A DNA stretch of 64,000 nt. It comes from an uncultured Gemmatimonadales bacterium. Its GTDB lineage: Bacteria; Gemmatimonadota; Gemmatimonadetes; Longimicrobiales; RSA9. The position numbers were made by a program, and so were the translations under genes. Shown here piece by piece: positions 23,086-35,152 of the stretch (the first letter of the stretch is position 1; each line of letters starts with the position of its first letter). The notes beneath the pieces were generated by a model, which did not search any database, was not told the DNA's origin, and saw only the letters and a program-made list of their open reading frames with translations. The DNA lies in contig CAWCRS010000003.1 of assembly GCA_963798085.1 (NCBI GenBank), forward strand, positions 1,036,690-1,100,689, written 5' to 3'.

Positions 23086-23463
23086 ATGCCTCGTCTGCTC
23101 AACTCACCAGCCAACATCGAAGCGGCCAACCCGGCCAAGAAGATTTCCGAATTCGTGGGCCGGGTGGCGACCGGTCACAAGCACATCAGCGTGGCGCAGA
23201 TGCAGTCGCCGGAAGGCTGGCGCGAGCCGGGCCAGCGGCCGGAATTCGACGAAGTCACCGTGGTCCTGCGCGGCATGCTGCGCGTCGAGCACGAAGCCGG
23301 CCAGCTGGATGTGCACGGCGGCGAGGCCGTGATCACGGTGCGCGGCGAGTGGGTGCGCTACAGCACGCCCGAACCGGGTGGCGCCGAATACGTGGCCATC
23401 TGCCTGCCCGCATTCTCCGAGGACAGTGCGCATCGGGACGGCGGCAGGCCCGCGTCGCACTGA
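23086..23463 (+). CDS. cupin domain protein
   Basis: KKISEFVGRV, EPGQRPEFDE, GEWVRYSTP, YVAICLPAFS. Confidence 0.85.
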   Translation: MPRLLNSPANIEAANPAKKISEFVGRVATGHKHISVAQMQSPEGWREPGQRPEFDEVTVVLRGMLRVEHEAGQLDVHGGEAVITVRGEWVRYSTPEPGGAEYVAICLPAFSEDSAHRDGGRPASH

Positions 23464-23563
23464 CGGCGTTCCAGAGGCCGCCTGCGCGGCCGCTTCCCGC
23501 ACTAACGCGGAGCAAGGACCCCCACGTCGGACGCGGCATGCCGCGGGCGAGGCGCAGCTGTCC

Positions 23564-23968
23564 ATGATGACCATAACCCTTGCGGGTCAGGGTGAATGCG
23601 ACGTCGTTCACCACGGTTCCGGCGCGCGCCTGCGTACCGCAAAGGGGCGGCAGTTCGGCGGCACGGGCAGCTCGTTTTCCTCGACTGACCTGCTGGCGGT
23701 CGCGCTGGGAACCTGCATTGCCACCGACCTCGAGCCGGTCGCGCAGCGTCACGGCGTCACGCTTTCGGCCATACGCATCAGCGTGGAGAAGCAACTCGAC
23801 ACCTCGCCCAAGCGCCTGACCAGGCTGAGCGTCATCGTACAGCTGCCGGCTGCCGTGGACGACGTGCTGCGGCTCAAGCTGCAGCGCGCGGCGGACCACT
23901 GCCTGGTGCAGCGCAGTCTGAGCCCTGACATTGCCATTGCGGTGAGTCTGCAGCGCACATCGCCATGA
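23564..23968 (+). CDS. OsmC family protein
   Basis: GGTGSSFSSTDLLAVALGTC ... AADHCLVQRSL. Confidence 0.85.
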   Translation: MMTITLAGQGECDVVHHGSGARLRTAKGRQFGGTGSSFSSTDLLAVALGTCIATDLEPVAQRHGVTLSAIRISVEKQLDTSPKRLTRLSVIVQLPAAVDDVLRLKLQRAADHCLVQRSLSPDIAIAVSLQRTSP

Positions 23969-24005
23969 GCCCTGTCTCTCGGCGCGACCACGCACGGAGC
24001 ACGAG

Positions 24006-25700
24006 ATGATCACGCAGAAGGAATTGCGCCGGTGTCGTACCGGTTCCGCCGGTCGTACTAACTCCGCGTTTGCCTTGCTCGTGGCCGCCGGCAGCGTGTT
24101 CGGGGGACGGGTGGCGGCGCAGCAGCCCGGGCCCATCCAGGCCGATGCGCTGCGGCAGCGGCTGTTCGTGATTGCCGCCGACTCGATGGGTGGCCGCGAC
24201 ACGGGCAGTCGCGGCAACTGGCTCACGGCCGAGTACGTGGCCGCCCAGTTCCGCAGCCTGGGCCTCTCGCCCGCAGGCGATGCGGGCAGCTTCTTTCAGA
24301 CGATTCCCTTCCGTCACGTGCATGCCGACACGGCTGCCCGGCTGATCGCGGCAGGCCGGCCGCTGCGCATTGGCGTGGACGTGCTGCCTGGGGGCGGCGC
24401 TGTCGACTGGTCGGCGGAGGGCGAGCGCTCGGTGTACGGCGGCGTGACCGCGGACAGCACGACGTGGCCCTCCGCGGATGCCCTGCGCGGTCGACTCGTC
24501 GTGCTGGAGGCGCCCGCGGGTCCGGACCTGCGCCGCACGTTTGCGCGCATCGGGCCGACCGTACAGAGCCGGCGCATGGCGGGCGCGGCGGGTTTCGCGA
24601 TCATGATGCTGGACCGCATACCCGCCGATGTACGGGATCAGATCCTGCAGGGGAGCTTCACCACGAACACAGCGACGCCCCCGGGTGCGAAGCCCATCCT
24701 GCTGGTGACACGGGCCGCCGGCATGGCGCTGCTGGGAGCCGACCCATCCACGCTTTCCGCCGGCAGTGGCGGAGTCGCGTTGAGCGGTGGCGTGCGTTTT
24801 CGGCGCGATCCTCTGCCTTTCGCGGCCCGCAATGTCGTGGCAATGCTGCCGGGTTCGGACGCGGGGCTGCGCGGCACGTACGTGTCTGTGACGGCGCACA
24901 ATGATCACGTGGGATACACGTTTGCGCCGGTGGATCACGACTCAGTTTACGCGCACAATCGCGTGGTACGACCCATGGGCGCGGATTCACCCGATCGCAC
25001 GCCCACGCCAGAGGAACGCGTGCGCATCGCCGCCATGCTCGACAGCCTGCGCGCACTGCGGCCCGATCGGCCGGACTCGGTGTTCAATGGCGCGGATGAT
25101 GACGGGACTGGCACGGTGGCGCTGATCGAGGTGGCGCGCGCGCTCAGTGCCGGGCCTCGCCCGCGGCGCTCGATGCTGTTCATCTCGCATGCGGCGGAGG
25201 AACGCGGGCTGCTGGGCTCGCAGTGGTTCACGGATCACGCGACCGTCCCCATCGATTCCATCATCGGTGAAGCCGACATGGACATGGTGGGTCGTGGCAA
25301 TGCGAGCGATCTGCCGGAAGGCAGTCCGGCCTATCTCGAAGTGGTCGGCGCGAGCCGGCTTTCGCACGAGTACGGCGCACTGCTCGAGACGGTGAACGCG
25401 CGCCAGCCCATGCCGTTCCGTTTCAATTACACGTATGACGCGCCCGGCCATCCGCTGCAGTACTACTGTCGTGCCGATCATTACAGTTATGCGCGCTATG
25501 GGATTCCGGCGTTTGCCGTTTCGCGTGGCGAGCACGCGGATTACCACCAGGTCACGGACGAGCCGGAGTACATCGACTACAATGCACTGGCGCGTGTAGC
25601 CAACCTGATTCTGGATTTCACACGCACTGTGGCGAATCTCGAGCAGCGGCCGGTAGTGGACGGCCCGCATGGCGATCCGCACGCGCCCTGCCGGCAGTAA
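24006..25700 (+). CDS. M28 family peptidase
   Basis: ADSMGGRDTG, TAHNDH, NGADDDGTG, AEERGLLGS, RADHY, DYHQVTDE. Confidence 0.92.
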   Translation: MITQKELRRCRTGSAGRTNSAFALLVAAGSVFGGRVAAQQPGPIQADALRQRLFVIAADSMGGRDTGSRGNWLTAEYVAAQFRSLGLSPAGDAGSFFQTIPFRHVHADTAARLIAAGRPLRIGVDVLPGGGAVDWSAEGERSVYGGVTADSTTWPSADALRGRLVVLEAPAGPDLRRTFARIGPTVQSRRMAGAAGFAIMMLDRIPADVRDQILQGSFTTNTATPPGAKPILLVTRAAGMALLGADPSTLSAGSGGVALSGGVRFRRDPLPFAARNVVAMLPGSDAGLRGTYVSVTAHNDHVGYTFAPVDHDSVYAHNRVVRPMGADSPDRTPTPEERVRIAAMLDSLRALRPDRPDSVFNGADDDGTGTVALIEVARALSAGPRPRRSMLFISHAAEERGLLGSQWFTDHATVPIDSIIGEADMDMVGRGNASDLPEGSPAYLEVVGASRLSHEYGALLETVNARQPMPFRFNYTYDAPGHPLQYYCRADHYSYARYGIPAFAVSRGEHADYHQVTDEPEYIDYNALARVANLILDFTRTVANLEQRPVVDGPHGDPHAPCRQ

Positions 25701-25827
25701 CCCCGTGTTCGCTGTCCGCGTTTCCTTCGAGCAGACGCAGTAATTGGCGCCCGAGCAGACTCGAGCCGACGGCGCGGCGGGTGATGATCGCGCTGCGCTG
25801 TCGCTGTGGCGGCGCTCATCTGCGGCG

Positions 25828-26932
25828 TCAGGGGTCGGCCGCGAGCACGGCGCGCACCTGCTGTGCGATCTCAATGTCCTCGCGTGCGGTGACGCGTAGC
25901 GTGCGCACGGTGGCACCGTCCACCGAGATGTCCGCATCCGCGCGGGCCGCCTGGTTGCGCGCGGGGTCCACCGCGATACCGAGGTAGCCGAGCGCATCCG
26001 CCGTGCGCTGCCGGATCGCCGGGGCGTTCTCGCCCACGCCGCCGGTGAACACGAGCGCATCCATCCCGCCCAGCGACGCGCTCATCGCGGCGATGCTCCC
26101 ACAAAGCCGGTGCAGATAGACAGCCAGCGCGAGCACGGCGTCAGGTTCGCCATTCTGCTCGGCCTCGAGCACGCGGCGCATGTCAGCGCTGCCGGCGAGC
26201 GCGAGCAGGCCGGAGCGGTGCTCGAGCGTGGCCGCCAGGTCTGCCGGCGCCATGCCGACGTGCTCCTCGAGCCATAGCACGAGGCCCGGGTCGACCGAGC
26301 CCGAGCGCGTGGCCATCACCAGACCTTCGAGTGGCGTGAAGCCCATGGTGGTGTCGACCGAGCGGCCATCGCGAACGGCGGCGAGCGACGCGCCCGAACC
26401 GAGATGGCATGTGATCACGCGCAGATGCTGCGGGTCGCGGCCGAGGCAGCAGCGCCGCGCGCCGCGAGGCCCAGGCATGCGACAACCCGTGGAAACCGAA
26501 GCGGCGGAGACTCCAGCGCTCTCGCCACTCGCGCGGAATCGCGTAGGTCGACGCGGCTGGCGGCAGGGTGGCATGGAACGCGGTATCGAAACACGCCACG
26601 GCGGGCACGTCGGGCAGCATGCGCGCGATCCAGCGTACCGCGTCCATCGACTTGGGCTGGTGCAGCGGCGCCAGATCGGTCAGCGCTTCGAGCTCCTCCA
26701 CCACGTTCGGCGTGAGCAGCACGGGACCGGCGAAGCGCGGCCCGCCGTGCACCACACGGTGGCCGACCGCATCGATGGGACCGCCCTCGTCGATCAGCCG
26801 CCGCAGCGCATTCTGCTGCTCGCCCTCGGCTAATGGCAGATCGCTCGAGGCGACGACGCAGTCCGCATCATCCAGCACGCGCAGCTTGAGGCTGCTGGAT
26901 CCGGCATTGACGACGAGTACGCGCGCAGCCAT
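25828..26932 (-). CDS. ackA: acetate kinase, frameshift near 26448
   Basis: VVNAGSSSLK, GHRVVHGG, APLH, FDTAFH, RRFGFHGLSH, then HLGSGAS, DTTMGFTPLEG, FTGGVGEN in the adjacent frame. Confidence 0.92.
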
Positions 26933-27023
26933 CACGCAATGCAATGCAGCGCAGTCGCGACCGCCGCACGCGCAGAGGCGGGCGAGGCGCAGGCCGCACG
27001 CACCGTCAGGCCGGACCCCACCG

Positions 27024-29420
27024 TCAGGCCGGACCCCACCGCCACTCGCTCACCTCGGGCGTGTCTTCGCCGTGGGCGCGCGTAAAGGCGCGGGCGCGCA
27101 GCCGCTGGTCCGCCATGTGCTGCCGCACGAGGGCCGCGTGCGGACCCAGACCGGGCACGCGGTCGATCACATCGATCACCAGGCGGAATCGGTCGAGATC
27201 GTTGAGCATCACCATGTCGAAGGGTGTGGTGGTCGTGCCTTCCTCCTTGTATCCGCGAACATGCAGGTTCGCATGATTGGTCCGCCGGTAGGTCAGGCGA
27301 TGAATCAGCCATGGATACCCGTGATACGCGAACAGCACGGGCCGGTCGCGCGTGAAGAGCGCATCGAAGGCGGCATCGCCCATGCCGTGCGGGTGCTCGC
27401 TCGGGGGCTGCAGACGCATGAGGTCGACGATGTTGATCACGCGGATGCGAAGTTCGGGAAGATGCTGGCGCAGCAGTGAGACCGCGGCCAGGGTTTCCAG
27501 CGTGGGCACATCGCCGCAGCAGGCCATCACCACGTCCGGTTCGCCGCCCGCATCGTTGCTGGCCCATTCCCAGATGCCGATGCCGCGGGTGCAGTGCAGT
27601 ATGGCCTCCTCCATGGTCAGCCAGCAGGGCGAGGGCTGCTTGCCGGCGACAATCACATTGACATAGTTGCGGCTGCGCAGGCAATGGTCCGCCACCGATA
27701 ACAGGCAGTTTGCGTCGGGCGGCAGATACACGCGGATGATCTCGGCCTTCTTGTTGACGACGTGATCGATGAAGCCGGGATCCTGGTGGGAAAAGCCATT
27801 GTGGTCCTGGCGCCAGACGTGCGAGCTGAGCAGGTAGTTGAGCGAAGGCAGCGGGCGCCGCCAGGACAGCGAGCGGCTGAACTTGAGCCACTTGGCGTGC
27901 TGATTGAACATGGAGTCGATGATGTGGATGAAGGCCTCGTAGCAGTTGAAGAGGCCGTGTCGCCCTGTGAGCAGGTATCCTTCCAGCCAGCCCTGACAGA
28001 GGTGTTCGGACAGCACCTCCATGACGCGACCATCGCGGGAGAGGTGATCGTCCGTGGGCAGTCCCTCTGCATCCCAGGCGCGGTTGGTCACCTCGAACAC
28101 CGCGTCGAGCCGGTTGGAAGCCGTCTCGTCCGGACCGAACAGGCGGAAGTCGCGCGGATTGCGTGCAATGATGTCGCGCAGAAAACGGCCCAGCACGCGC
28201 GTCGCCTCGGCCAGGGCGCCACCGGGCGAAGGCACAGTCACGGCGTAGTCGCGGAAGTCGGGCAGTGCGAGATCGCGTGCCAGCAGACCCCCATTCGTGT
28301 GTGGATTTGCGCTCATGCGCTGCACTCCCTGCGGCGCGAGTCGCGTGAGCGCGGGCATGGGCACACCGTTCGAGTCGAACAGCTCCTCCGGCCGGTAGCT
28401 GCGCATCCACGCCTCGAGCTGCGCGAGTTCCTCTGCATCTGTGCGCGCCAGCGGCAGCGGCACCTGGTGCGCGCGCCACGTGCCTTCGACGGGCTCGCCA
28501 CGCACGAACTTCGGTCCGGTCCAGCCCTTCGGTGTGTTCAGGATGATCATGGGCCAGCGCGGCCGCGCCGTGTCACCGTGCAGGCGGGCGCGCTGCTGGA
28601 TCTCGCGGATCCGGACAATGATCGAGTCGAGAACGCCGGCCATGCGACGGTGCACGGCGGGCGGATCGTCGCCTTCGACATAGTGCACGTCGTACCCGTA
28701 ACCTTCGAACAGCGCTGTCAGCTCATCGCGGGGGATGCGCGCAAGCACGGTGGGATTCGCGATCTTGTAACCGTTCAGGTGGAGCACGGGCAGCACCGCG
28801 CCATCGCGCGCCGGGTTCAGGAACTTGTTGGAGTGCCAGCTGGTGGCCAGCGCGCCGGTCTCGGCTTCGCCATCGCCGACAATGCAGCACACCAGCAGAT
28901 CGGGGTTGTCGAAGGCGGCGCCATACGCGTGCGCCAGCGAATAGCCCAGTTCGCCGCCCTCATGGATGGAGCCAGGCACCTCGGCAGTAACGTGACTTCC
29001 AATGCCGCCGGGGAACGAGAACTGACGGAACAGGCAATGCATGCCTTCCGCATCGCGCGTCACGTTCGGGTAGACTTCGCTCCACGTACCTTCCAGCCAG
29101 ACATTGGCAACAGCCGCGGGCCCGCCATGCCCGGGACCCACGACAAGGAACGCGTTCAGATCGTGCCTGCGAATGACACGATTCATGTGCGTCCACACCA
29201 GGTTGATGCCCGGTGAAGTGCCCCAGTGCCCGAGCAGGCGGGGTTTGATGTGCTCGGGCCGCAGCGGCTCATGCAGCAGCGGATTATCGAGCAGAAAGAT
29301 CTGGCCGACGGCGAGGTAGTTGACGGCGCGCCACCATGCATCGAGCGCGTTCAGCTCATCGTCGGATAGTGTGGAGGTGGGCCGCGCCGTTGCGGCGGCG
29401 ATCGTTTCAGTGCGGGACAT
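27024..29420 (-). CDS. xfp: xylulose-5-P/fructose-6-P phosphoketolase
   Basis: [71 protein letters not shown]. Confidence 0.96.
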   Translation of the reverse strand: MSRTETIAAATARPTSTLSDDELNALDAWWRAVNYLAVGQIFLLDNPLLHEPLRPEHIKPRLLGHWGTSPGINLVWTHMNRVIRRHDLNAFLVVGPGHGGPAAVANVWLEGTWSEVYPNVTRDAEGMHCLFRQFSFPGGIGSHVTAEVPGSIHEGGELGYSLAHAYGAAFDNPDLLVCCIVGDGEAETGALATSWHSNKFLNPARDGAVLPVLHLNGYKIANPTVLARIPRDELTALFEGYGYDVHYVEGDDPPAVHRRMAGVLDSIIVRIREIQQRARLHGDTARPRWPMIILNTPKGWTGPKFVRGEPVEGTWRAHQVPLPLARTDAEELAQLEAWMRSYRPEELFDSNGVPMPALTRLAPQGVQRMSANPHTNGGLLARDLALPDFRDYAVTVPSPGGALAEATRVLGRFLRDIIARNPRDFRLFGPDETASNRLDAVFEVTNRAWDAEGLPTDDHLSRDGRVMEVLSEHLCQGWLEGYLLTGRHGLFNCYEAFIHIIDSMFNQHAKWLKFSRSLSWRRPLPSLNYLLSSHVWRQDHNGFSHQDPGFIDHVVNKKAEIIRVYLPPDANCLLSVADHCLRSRNYVNVIVAGKQPSPCWLTMEEAILHCTRGIGIWEWASNDAGGEPDVVMACCGDVPTLETLAAVSLLRQHLPELRIRVINIVDLMRLQPPSEHPHGMGDAAFDALFTRDRPVLFAYHGYPWLIHRLTYRRTNHANLHVRGYKEEGTTTTPFDMVMLNDLDRFRLVIDVIDRVPGLGPHAALVRQHMADQRLRARAFTRAHGEDTPEVSEWRWGPA

Positions 29421-29533
29421 GATGACCTCTGTCAGCTGCGGGTACAAGGAAGAATAACAGCGATGCAGAGCCTGTGCCTCGCAGCCCGCTGGAGGTCGCG
29501 CGGGTGTAGGTGCGGCGTAACGGCCAGGAAGCG

Positions 29534-32206
29534 TTATTCGACGCGCAGCAATGTGAGCGGATCCGTGCGCGCGGCGCGGGCCGCGGGCAGGAGCGTGGCG
29601 ATGGCGACCACCAGCAGCAGTGCGCCGCCGGTCACGCCGAAGATGGCGGGCTCGAGGGCGGACATGTGGAACAGCAAGGGGCGGACGCGTGGTCCGCTCA
29701 GGGCGGCCAGCAGCAGGCCGATCAGCACGCCGGCGAGGCCCACGCCCATGCTGTACCCGAGGACATGCGCCAGCAAGCCTGTGGGCCGGGCGCCCAGCGC
29801 AATGCGCACACCGAATTCGCGCACGCGCTCGTTCACCTGACAGGCGACAACGCCGTACACGCCTACCAGCGCGATCAACAGCGCCAGCGCACCGAAGCTG
29901 ACGAAGAGCGCCGCGCCCATGCGATAGGGCTGCAGCGGGCGGGCCAGCAGGTCGCGCATCTCGACAATGCGGGCATCACCTTCCGGCGCCAGCGCCAGCA
30001 GGGTGCGGCGCAGCGCGGGCAGCGCCACGGCGGGGGGCACAGCCAGGCGCACCATTAACGCGCGGTTAGGGGAGAAGTCGGCGCGCTGCGCCAGCGGCAG
30101 CCAGATCTGCTCCTGCATGCCGTCCTCGCCGGCCAGGTCGAACCAGTGGGCGGCGCGCACCACACCCACCACGCGCACGCACCCGGTCCCGCCCTCCACG
30201 TGGAAACAGCGACCCAGCGGTTCGGCGCCCGGCCACAGCCGTGCGGCCAGGCTGCCGCTGACCAGGGCGACCGCCTCGCTGCCCGGCCCATCCGCGCTGG
30301 AGAACAGGCGACCGCCGAGCAGGCGCAGCCCCATGGCCTGTGCGTAACCAGGTGTTATCGCGGTGATCGTGATGTTGCCGGCGGAATCGCCGTTCTCGCG
30401 CGTCACCTGCAGCGCGCTGGATGCCCAGAAGGGCAGGCCCGTGGCCACACCGGCATGCGCGACACCCGGCAGCGCCGCGACGCGACGCAGCGCCTGGTCC
30501 CAGAAAGCAGCCAGCTCGGCCGCAGGCGCGGTCGGCGGCAGGTCGCGTGTCACGGCCACCAGATTGTCGGCATCGAAGCCCATGTCGACCGTGAGCGCGC
30601 GATGCAGGCTGGACAGGAACAGACCGGCGAGCACCAGCAGCAGCGTGCACAGCGACACCTGACCGACCAGCAGCAGACGCCGTGTAAGGGAGGGCCGCGG
30701 CCCGGTGTCACGCAGGCCCGTGCGCAGGCCGGCGAACAGCGCGCCGCTGCGCAAGCGCAGCGCGGGAGTCAGGCTGGTGAGCAGCGTGACCACGACGGTG
30801 ACGACGAGCGTGAATGCCAGCACCCGCCCGTCCACGGCACGGCCATACCAGGCGACGCGCGGCAGCAGCAGCCGACGCAGCGTGCTGGAGACCAGCGCGG
30901 TCAGCACCAGGCCGAGCGTGCTGCCGGCCGCCGCGACCAGCAGACCCTCCGCGAGCAGCAGCCGCGTCAGCCGGCCGCGACCGGCACCCAGCGCCATGCG
31001 CATGGCGAACTCGCGCTGCCGCCGCAGCGCACGAATCAGGTAGAGATTCGCCACATTGCTGCACGCGATCAGCAGGACAATGGCAGCCATTGCTAACAGC
31101 CACTCGGCGATGCGCGCGGCCAGCGCCAGCTCGCCGCTGCCCGATCGCAGTGCGCTGCGCCCGGCAATCAGCGGCCAGAGCAGTACGCGCGCGGGCCGCG
31201 CGTCGGCCGGCAGCGAGGCAAGGGCGCTGCTCACCTGAGCAGCCGCCTGCGCGTGGCTCACGCCTGCAACCAGGCGGCCGACGATGTGCGCGCCGATCCA
31301 CGAGCGAGGCTGCGCCCAGCGCGCGCCCACCGAGGGCCAGGCGAGCGCGCTGAACGGCAGGAAGATGTCGGTCGCATCGAGATCGATACCGGCGAAGTCC
31401 GCCGGTGTCACGCCGATCACCGTGCAGTCGCGATCACCGACCTGAACGCGCCGGCCGAGCACAGCGGGATCGCTGGCGAACGCGCGCTGCCAGAACGCGT
31501 GCGTCAGCACGATCACGGGCTGTCCCGCCGGCAATGCATCATCGTCATCGAGGAACAGCCGGCCCAGCGCCGGGCGCACGCCCAGCAGCTCGAAATAACG
31601 CGGTGTTACACCGGTCTCACGCACGCGACGGATGGCGTCGCCGTTGCGCAACCGGCCCTCCACGCTGAAGTAGAGGGCGACCGGGTCGAGGCCGCGTACG
31701 TGATCGCGCAGCAGCTGGTAGTTCTCGTACGTCGTGGCGTCCTCCGGCAGCACGCCGGCCGGCGTGGGCTGCTCGAGGAAGAGGCGCACGACGGCATCGG
31801 GCTGGCGTACGCCAGGCGGCGCGCGCAGCAGCAGGCGGTCGAGCACACCGAACATGGTGGCATTGGCGGCAACACCCAGACCCAGCGTGAGGACCGCAGA
31901 CGCAGCAAACACCGGCTGCCGGCGCAGCGCACGCAGCGCGTGCCGCAGATCGTGCCACAGCCCGCGCACCCGTTCACTGCGGCTTCGCCGGCGGCGGGCA
32001 CGGCCATCCATGCGACAAAGCGCGTCGCGCACCGTCGCGACGTCACCGAATTCCGCGTCCGCCTGCGCCCGCGCCACGGATTCCGCGACGCCACCTGCCA
32101 TCAGCTCGCGCACGCGCTCGGCGAGGTGGAAGCGTACCTCCTCTTCCGCTTCCGCGGCCGCATCGGGCAACCGGAAGAAGCGCTTCCAGCCGGCGATCAG
32201 GCGCAT
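29534..32206 (-). CDS. ABC transporter permease (ADOP-type) with permease-prefix N-terminus
   Basis: [13 protein letters not shown] prefix, [34 protein letters not shown]. Confidence 0.92.
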   Translation of the reverse strand: MRLIAGWKRFFRLPDAAAEAEEEVRFHLAERVRELMAGGVAESVARAQADAEFGDVATVRDALCRMDGRARRRRSRSERVRGLWHDLRHALRALRRQPVFAASAVLTLGLGVAANATMFGVLDRLLLRAPPGVRQPDAVVRLFLEQPTPAGVLPEDATTYENYQLLRDHVRGLDPVALYFSVEGRLRNGDAIRRVRETGVTPRYFELLGVRPALGRLFLDDDDALPAGQPVIVLTHAFWQRAFASDPAVLGRRVQVGDRDCTVIGVTPADFAGIDLDATDIFLPFSALAWPSVGARWAQPRSWIGAHIVGRLVAGVSHAQAAAQVSSALASLPADARPARVLLWPLIAGRSALRSGSGELALAARIAEWLLAMAAIVLLIACSNVANLYLIRALRRQREFAMRMALGAGRGRLTRLLLAEGLLVAAAGSTLGLVLTALVSSTLRRLLLPRVAWYGRAVDGRVLAFTLVVTVVVTLLTSLTPALRLRSGALFAGLRTGLRDTGPRPSLTRRLLLVGQVSLCTLLLVLAGLFLSSLHRALTVDMGFDADNLVAVTRDLPPTAPAAELAAFWDQALRRVAALPGVAHAGVATGLPFWASSALQVTRENGDSAGNITITAITPGYAQAMGLRLLGGRLFSSADGPGSEAVALVSGSLAARLWPGAEPLGRCFHVEGGTGCVRVVGVVRAAHWFDLAGEDGMQEQIWLPLAQRADFSPNRALMVRLAVPPAVALPALRRTLLALAPEGDARIVEMRDLLARPLQPYRMGAALFVSFGALALLIALVGVYGVVACQVNERVREFGVRIALGARPTGLLAHVLGYSMGVGLAGVLIGLLLAALSGPRVRPLLFHMSALEPAIFGVTGGALLLVVAIATLLPAARAARTDPLTLLRVE

Positions 32207-32215
32207 GGGTGCTCC

Positions 32216-32571
32216 TCAGGGCTCCGGTGTCGCTGGCGTGGCGTTGAGCACGCCCGCCACCGCATCGACGTAACTCTGCCAACCGGCTGCCTGGCTGCGC
32301 AGCGCCTTGCGTCCCGCGGCTGTCAGCTCGTAGAAGCGGGCGCGCTTGCCCTGGTCCAGATGCCCCATTCCGATTCCACGAGGTCGCGCGCCTCCAGCCG
32401 GTGCAGCGCCGTGTACAGCGCGCCATCGAGCACGCGGAATCGACCGGCCGAACCGTTACGGATGAAGCGCGCGATGGCGTAGCCGTGGGCCGGTCCGAAG
32501 GAGAGGGCGCGGAGCACGAGCACATCGAGCGTGCCCTGCAGCATGTCGAGGTCCTGCGCGCGAGGGGTCAT
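32216..32571 (-). CDS. PadR-family regulator, frameshift near 32360
   Basis: MLQGTLDVLVLRAL..HGYAIA..GALYTALHRLE..SEWG, then DQGKRARFYELTAAGRKAL in the shifted frame to TGA at 32216. Confidence 0.88.
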
Positions 32572-32586
32572 GGGAGGAAAGTATAG

Positions 32587-32617
32587 CCTCAACAATTGAT
32601 TCAATCAAGTGTTGAGG
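32587..32617. promoter_or_regulatory. putative PadR operator (31-bp palindrome) next to a TATACT -10 box
   Basis: CCTCAACAATTGATT-C-AATCAAGTGTTGAGG, 14 of 15 bp complementary arms, AT-rich, 16 nt upstream of the padR ATG. Confidence 0.65.
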
Positions 32618-32882
32618 TAATGACTCTACTGACCTTCACCGCGGATGGCGCTGAAAGCCGCAGAGAACAGACTCTTTCGAAGACGGACGAACAGAAGTCA
32701 TTGCAGCGGAGGATTCGTTTCGCCGGTGAGAATATGCGGGGCAACGAATCACGGATTCTGTCACCCGGAGGCGCGCAGGCGCGGAGGTGCGGAGGCGTGG
32801 GGCGCATCACGCGGGCGGGGCGGGATCACTTCACCAGCGTGTATCGATGCACTGGAGGTCGCGGGCTCGAGGTGGTCAGTGA

Positions 32883-33341
32883 TCAGAAGGCCAGGGCGAG
32901 CATGACGGTGGTCTGGCGGCCGGGTGTTGTGCGCAGCTGCAGCCGGCGAGGTGGCATGGACCGCTGTTCGTCGTGATGGATGGCGCCGCCGATGATGGCA
33001 CCGAGGCCCGCGCCCGCGGCGCCGCCGAGCAGCACGAGGCCGGCGCATTCGCGTGAGTCCAGTGCGTCCTGGTTTCTGGAGCGGTCGCACAGGCTGTTGG
33101 AGCCGCCCCGGTTCGTCACGACCCAGGTGGCGCCCGCGCCGACGAAGAAGCCGGTGACGGCGCCCAGCAGGCGGTGCGAGTGGCTGGCGCGGCTCAGGTT
33201 CAGGCGGAATGGCTGGGCGGGGGAACTGGCAGCGGCCATTGCTAACGGCGTGACAGGCGCCTGGGCGACCGCGCGCATGGGCAGTAGCGCCAGCGCAAGG
33301 ACGGGCGCCATCCACGGCAGCCACCGACCCAACCATCGCAT
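32883..33341 (-). CDS. hypothetical membrane/secreted protein (glycine-zipper-like)
   Basis: Signal peptide, two Gly-rich hydrophobic segments, Cys pair. Confidence 0.6.
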   Translation of the reverse strand: MRWLGRWLPWMAPVLALALLPMRAVAQAPVTPLAMAAASSPAQPFRLNLSRASHSHRLLGAVTGFFVGAGATWVVTNRGGSNSLCDRSRNQDALDSRECAGLVLLGGAAGAGLGAIIGGAIHHDEQRSMPPRRLQLRTTPGRQTTVMLALAF

Positions 33342-33686
33342 TGTGCCGTCGCGGACTCCGGCCCGCGCGCAAAGCGGACGGAACGACATCACGGAACGAC
33401 CGCCTGGCATCATTTTCTGCACCCTTTCACGCTGCTGGTGCTCCCACTGACAACTGCATCGATACCCTCCGAAGCCGAAGAAGACGTGCAGCCGACCCTT
33501 CGCGTTTCACCGAGTCTCCATTCGGCATGCCGCAGGCGAGTCAGGGTGGTCGAGGCGGACTCACCAACAGGCAGAGGACCGCCCGCGGCTGCGCGGGTGT
33601 TGGACTACACCGGGGTCGTGCGTTTCGCCAGTGTCGGGGCTCAGCGCGGGCGCGATGATGGGCCGAGTCGCATGCGGAGGAGAGCA

Positions 33687-35018
33687 ATGCGCGGCTTACG
33701 AGCATTCCTGTGTGTCAGCGTGCTGGCCGCGATGAGCGCACGTGGCGCATCAGCCCAACTGCCGGATAGCGTGGCGGTTCAGGGCGTTGCCGCGCTCAAC
33801 GAGTTCGAGCACGTGTGCAAGGATCCGGTCGCGGCGCTCTGGCGACTCTCGCTTTGCGGCGCGATCGTGCTGGTCGACCCGGATACGCGCGCCTTTCTGG
33901 CCAATCGACAACCGTCCGCCGGAACATTCGCCAAACGGGGCAATTTCTACACCGGCATTCTGTCCGGCGATGTCGTGATCGCCAATACGGCGACCGGGTG
34001 GGGAACACAGCGGTGGACAATGGTGATGCTCCCGCTGCCGGATGATCCTTTCGACCGCACGCGGCTGCTGATCCACGAGGCCTTTCACCGGATTCAGCCG
34101 GAGCTCGATCTGCCTGCGTTCAATGTGATGATTCCGCAACTGGAGGAACGTGATGCACGCTACTGGGTGCGTCTCGAGTTGCGGGCATTGAGCGCGGCGC
34201 AACTGGACAGCGGCGATGAGCGGGCGCGGCAGGCGGCGGCCAATGCCCTGCTGTTCCGCGCGGTCCGGCACCGCGAGTACCCGGGCATCGACACGCTGGA
34301 GGCGGCGCTCGAACTGAACGAAGGGCTGGCCGAGTACTCGGGCATGGTGGTGGCGGGTCGAATTCACCACGTCTCCAACCATGCGCTGGCGCAAACCGCA
34401 ATGACCTCGCTCGAGCGTCGTGCAACCTTCGTTCGCTCGTATGCCTACGGGACAGGGCCGCTGCTGGGACTCGCGCTCGATCGGTTCGCGCCCGCGTGGC
34501 GCAACACCATCGCTTCGACACGATCACTTTCTGCCGCCCTGGCGGGGGCGATCGACTGGACCGAACCGGCATCACTCGCGGAACAGGCACGCGCCCGCGC
34601 ATCCGCCTACGATGGAGCTGTCATTGCCGAAGAAGAAGACCGTCGAGCGCAGGCTCGGGCCCTGCAGCTGGCGGGCTACAGAGCGCGATTGATCGACGGA
34701 CCGGTTCTCATCCTGCATCAGCGTGGTCTGGGTGGCGGCTTCAATCCGAATACCATCATTCCGCTTGGTGATGCGGGTCTTGTCTATCCCAGCCGCACGG
34801 TGTTCGCCGAGTGGGGAGAACTAACGGTGGATTCGGGCGGGCTGCTCGTCGCCAATGATCGGACGCTGGCGTACGTGACCGCCGAGGGGCTTCAGCTCAA
34901 TGCCGGCACGGCCACGGGGAACGGCTGGGCGTTGAAGCTGGCGCCGGGGTGGACGATCCGACGCGGCGCGCGCAGCGGTGATTTCGAGTTGGTTCAAGGG
35001 AGCACGCCGGCGCGATAA
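33687..35018 (+). CDS. secreted putative zinc metallopeptidase (gluzincin-like)
   Basis: Signal peptide; HEAFH motif and downstream NEGLAEY third-ligand-like motif. Confidence 0.7.
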   Translation: MRGLRAFLCVSVLAAMSARGASAQLPDSVAVQGVAALNEFEHVCKDPVAALWRLSLCGAIVLVDPDTRAFLANRQPSAGTFAKRGNFYTGILSGDVVIANTATGWGTQRWTMVMLPLPDDPFDRTRLLIHEAFHRIQPELDLPAFNVMIPQLEERDARYWVRLELRALSAAQLDSGDERARQAAANALLFRAVRHREYPGIDTLEAALELNEGLAEYSGMVVAGRIHHVSNHALAQTAMTSLERRATFVRSYAYGTGPLLGLALDRFAPAWRNTIASTRSLSAALAGAIDWTEPASLAEQARARASAYDGAVIAEEEDRRAQARALQLAGYRARLIDGPVLILHQRGLGGGFNPNTIIPLGDAGLVYPSRTVFAEWGELTVDSGGLLVANDRTLAYVTAEGLQLNAGTATGNGWALKLAPGWTIRRGARSGDFELVQGSTPAR

Positions 35019-35152
35019 GTCCTTTCAGCTCAACCCGCGCACCATTTGCCGCCGTTGGGCGTTCCCGTGAAGTCGCAGACGATCGTGCCCGGGTCGCTTC
35101 CGGCTGACTCGCCTCCGACTGCTGAACAAGCGTATCGCTGTATCCCGGCGGC

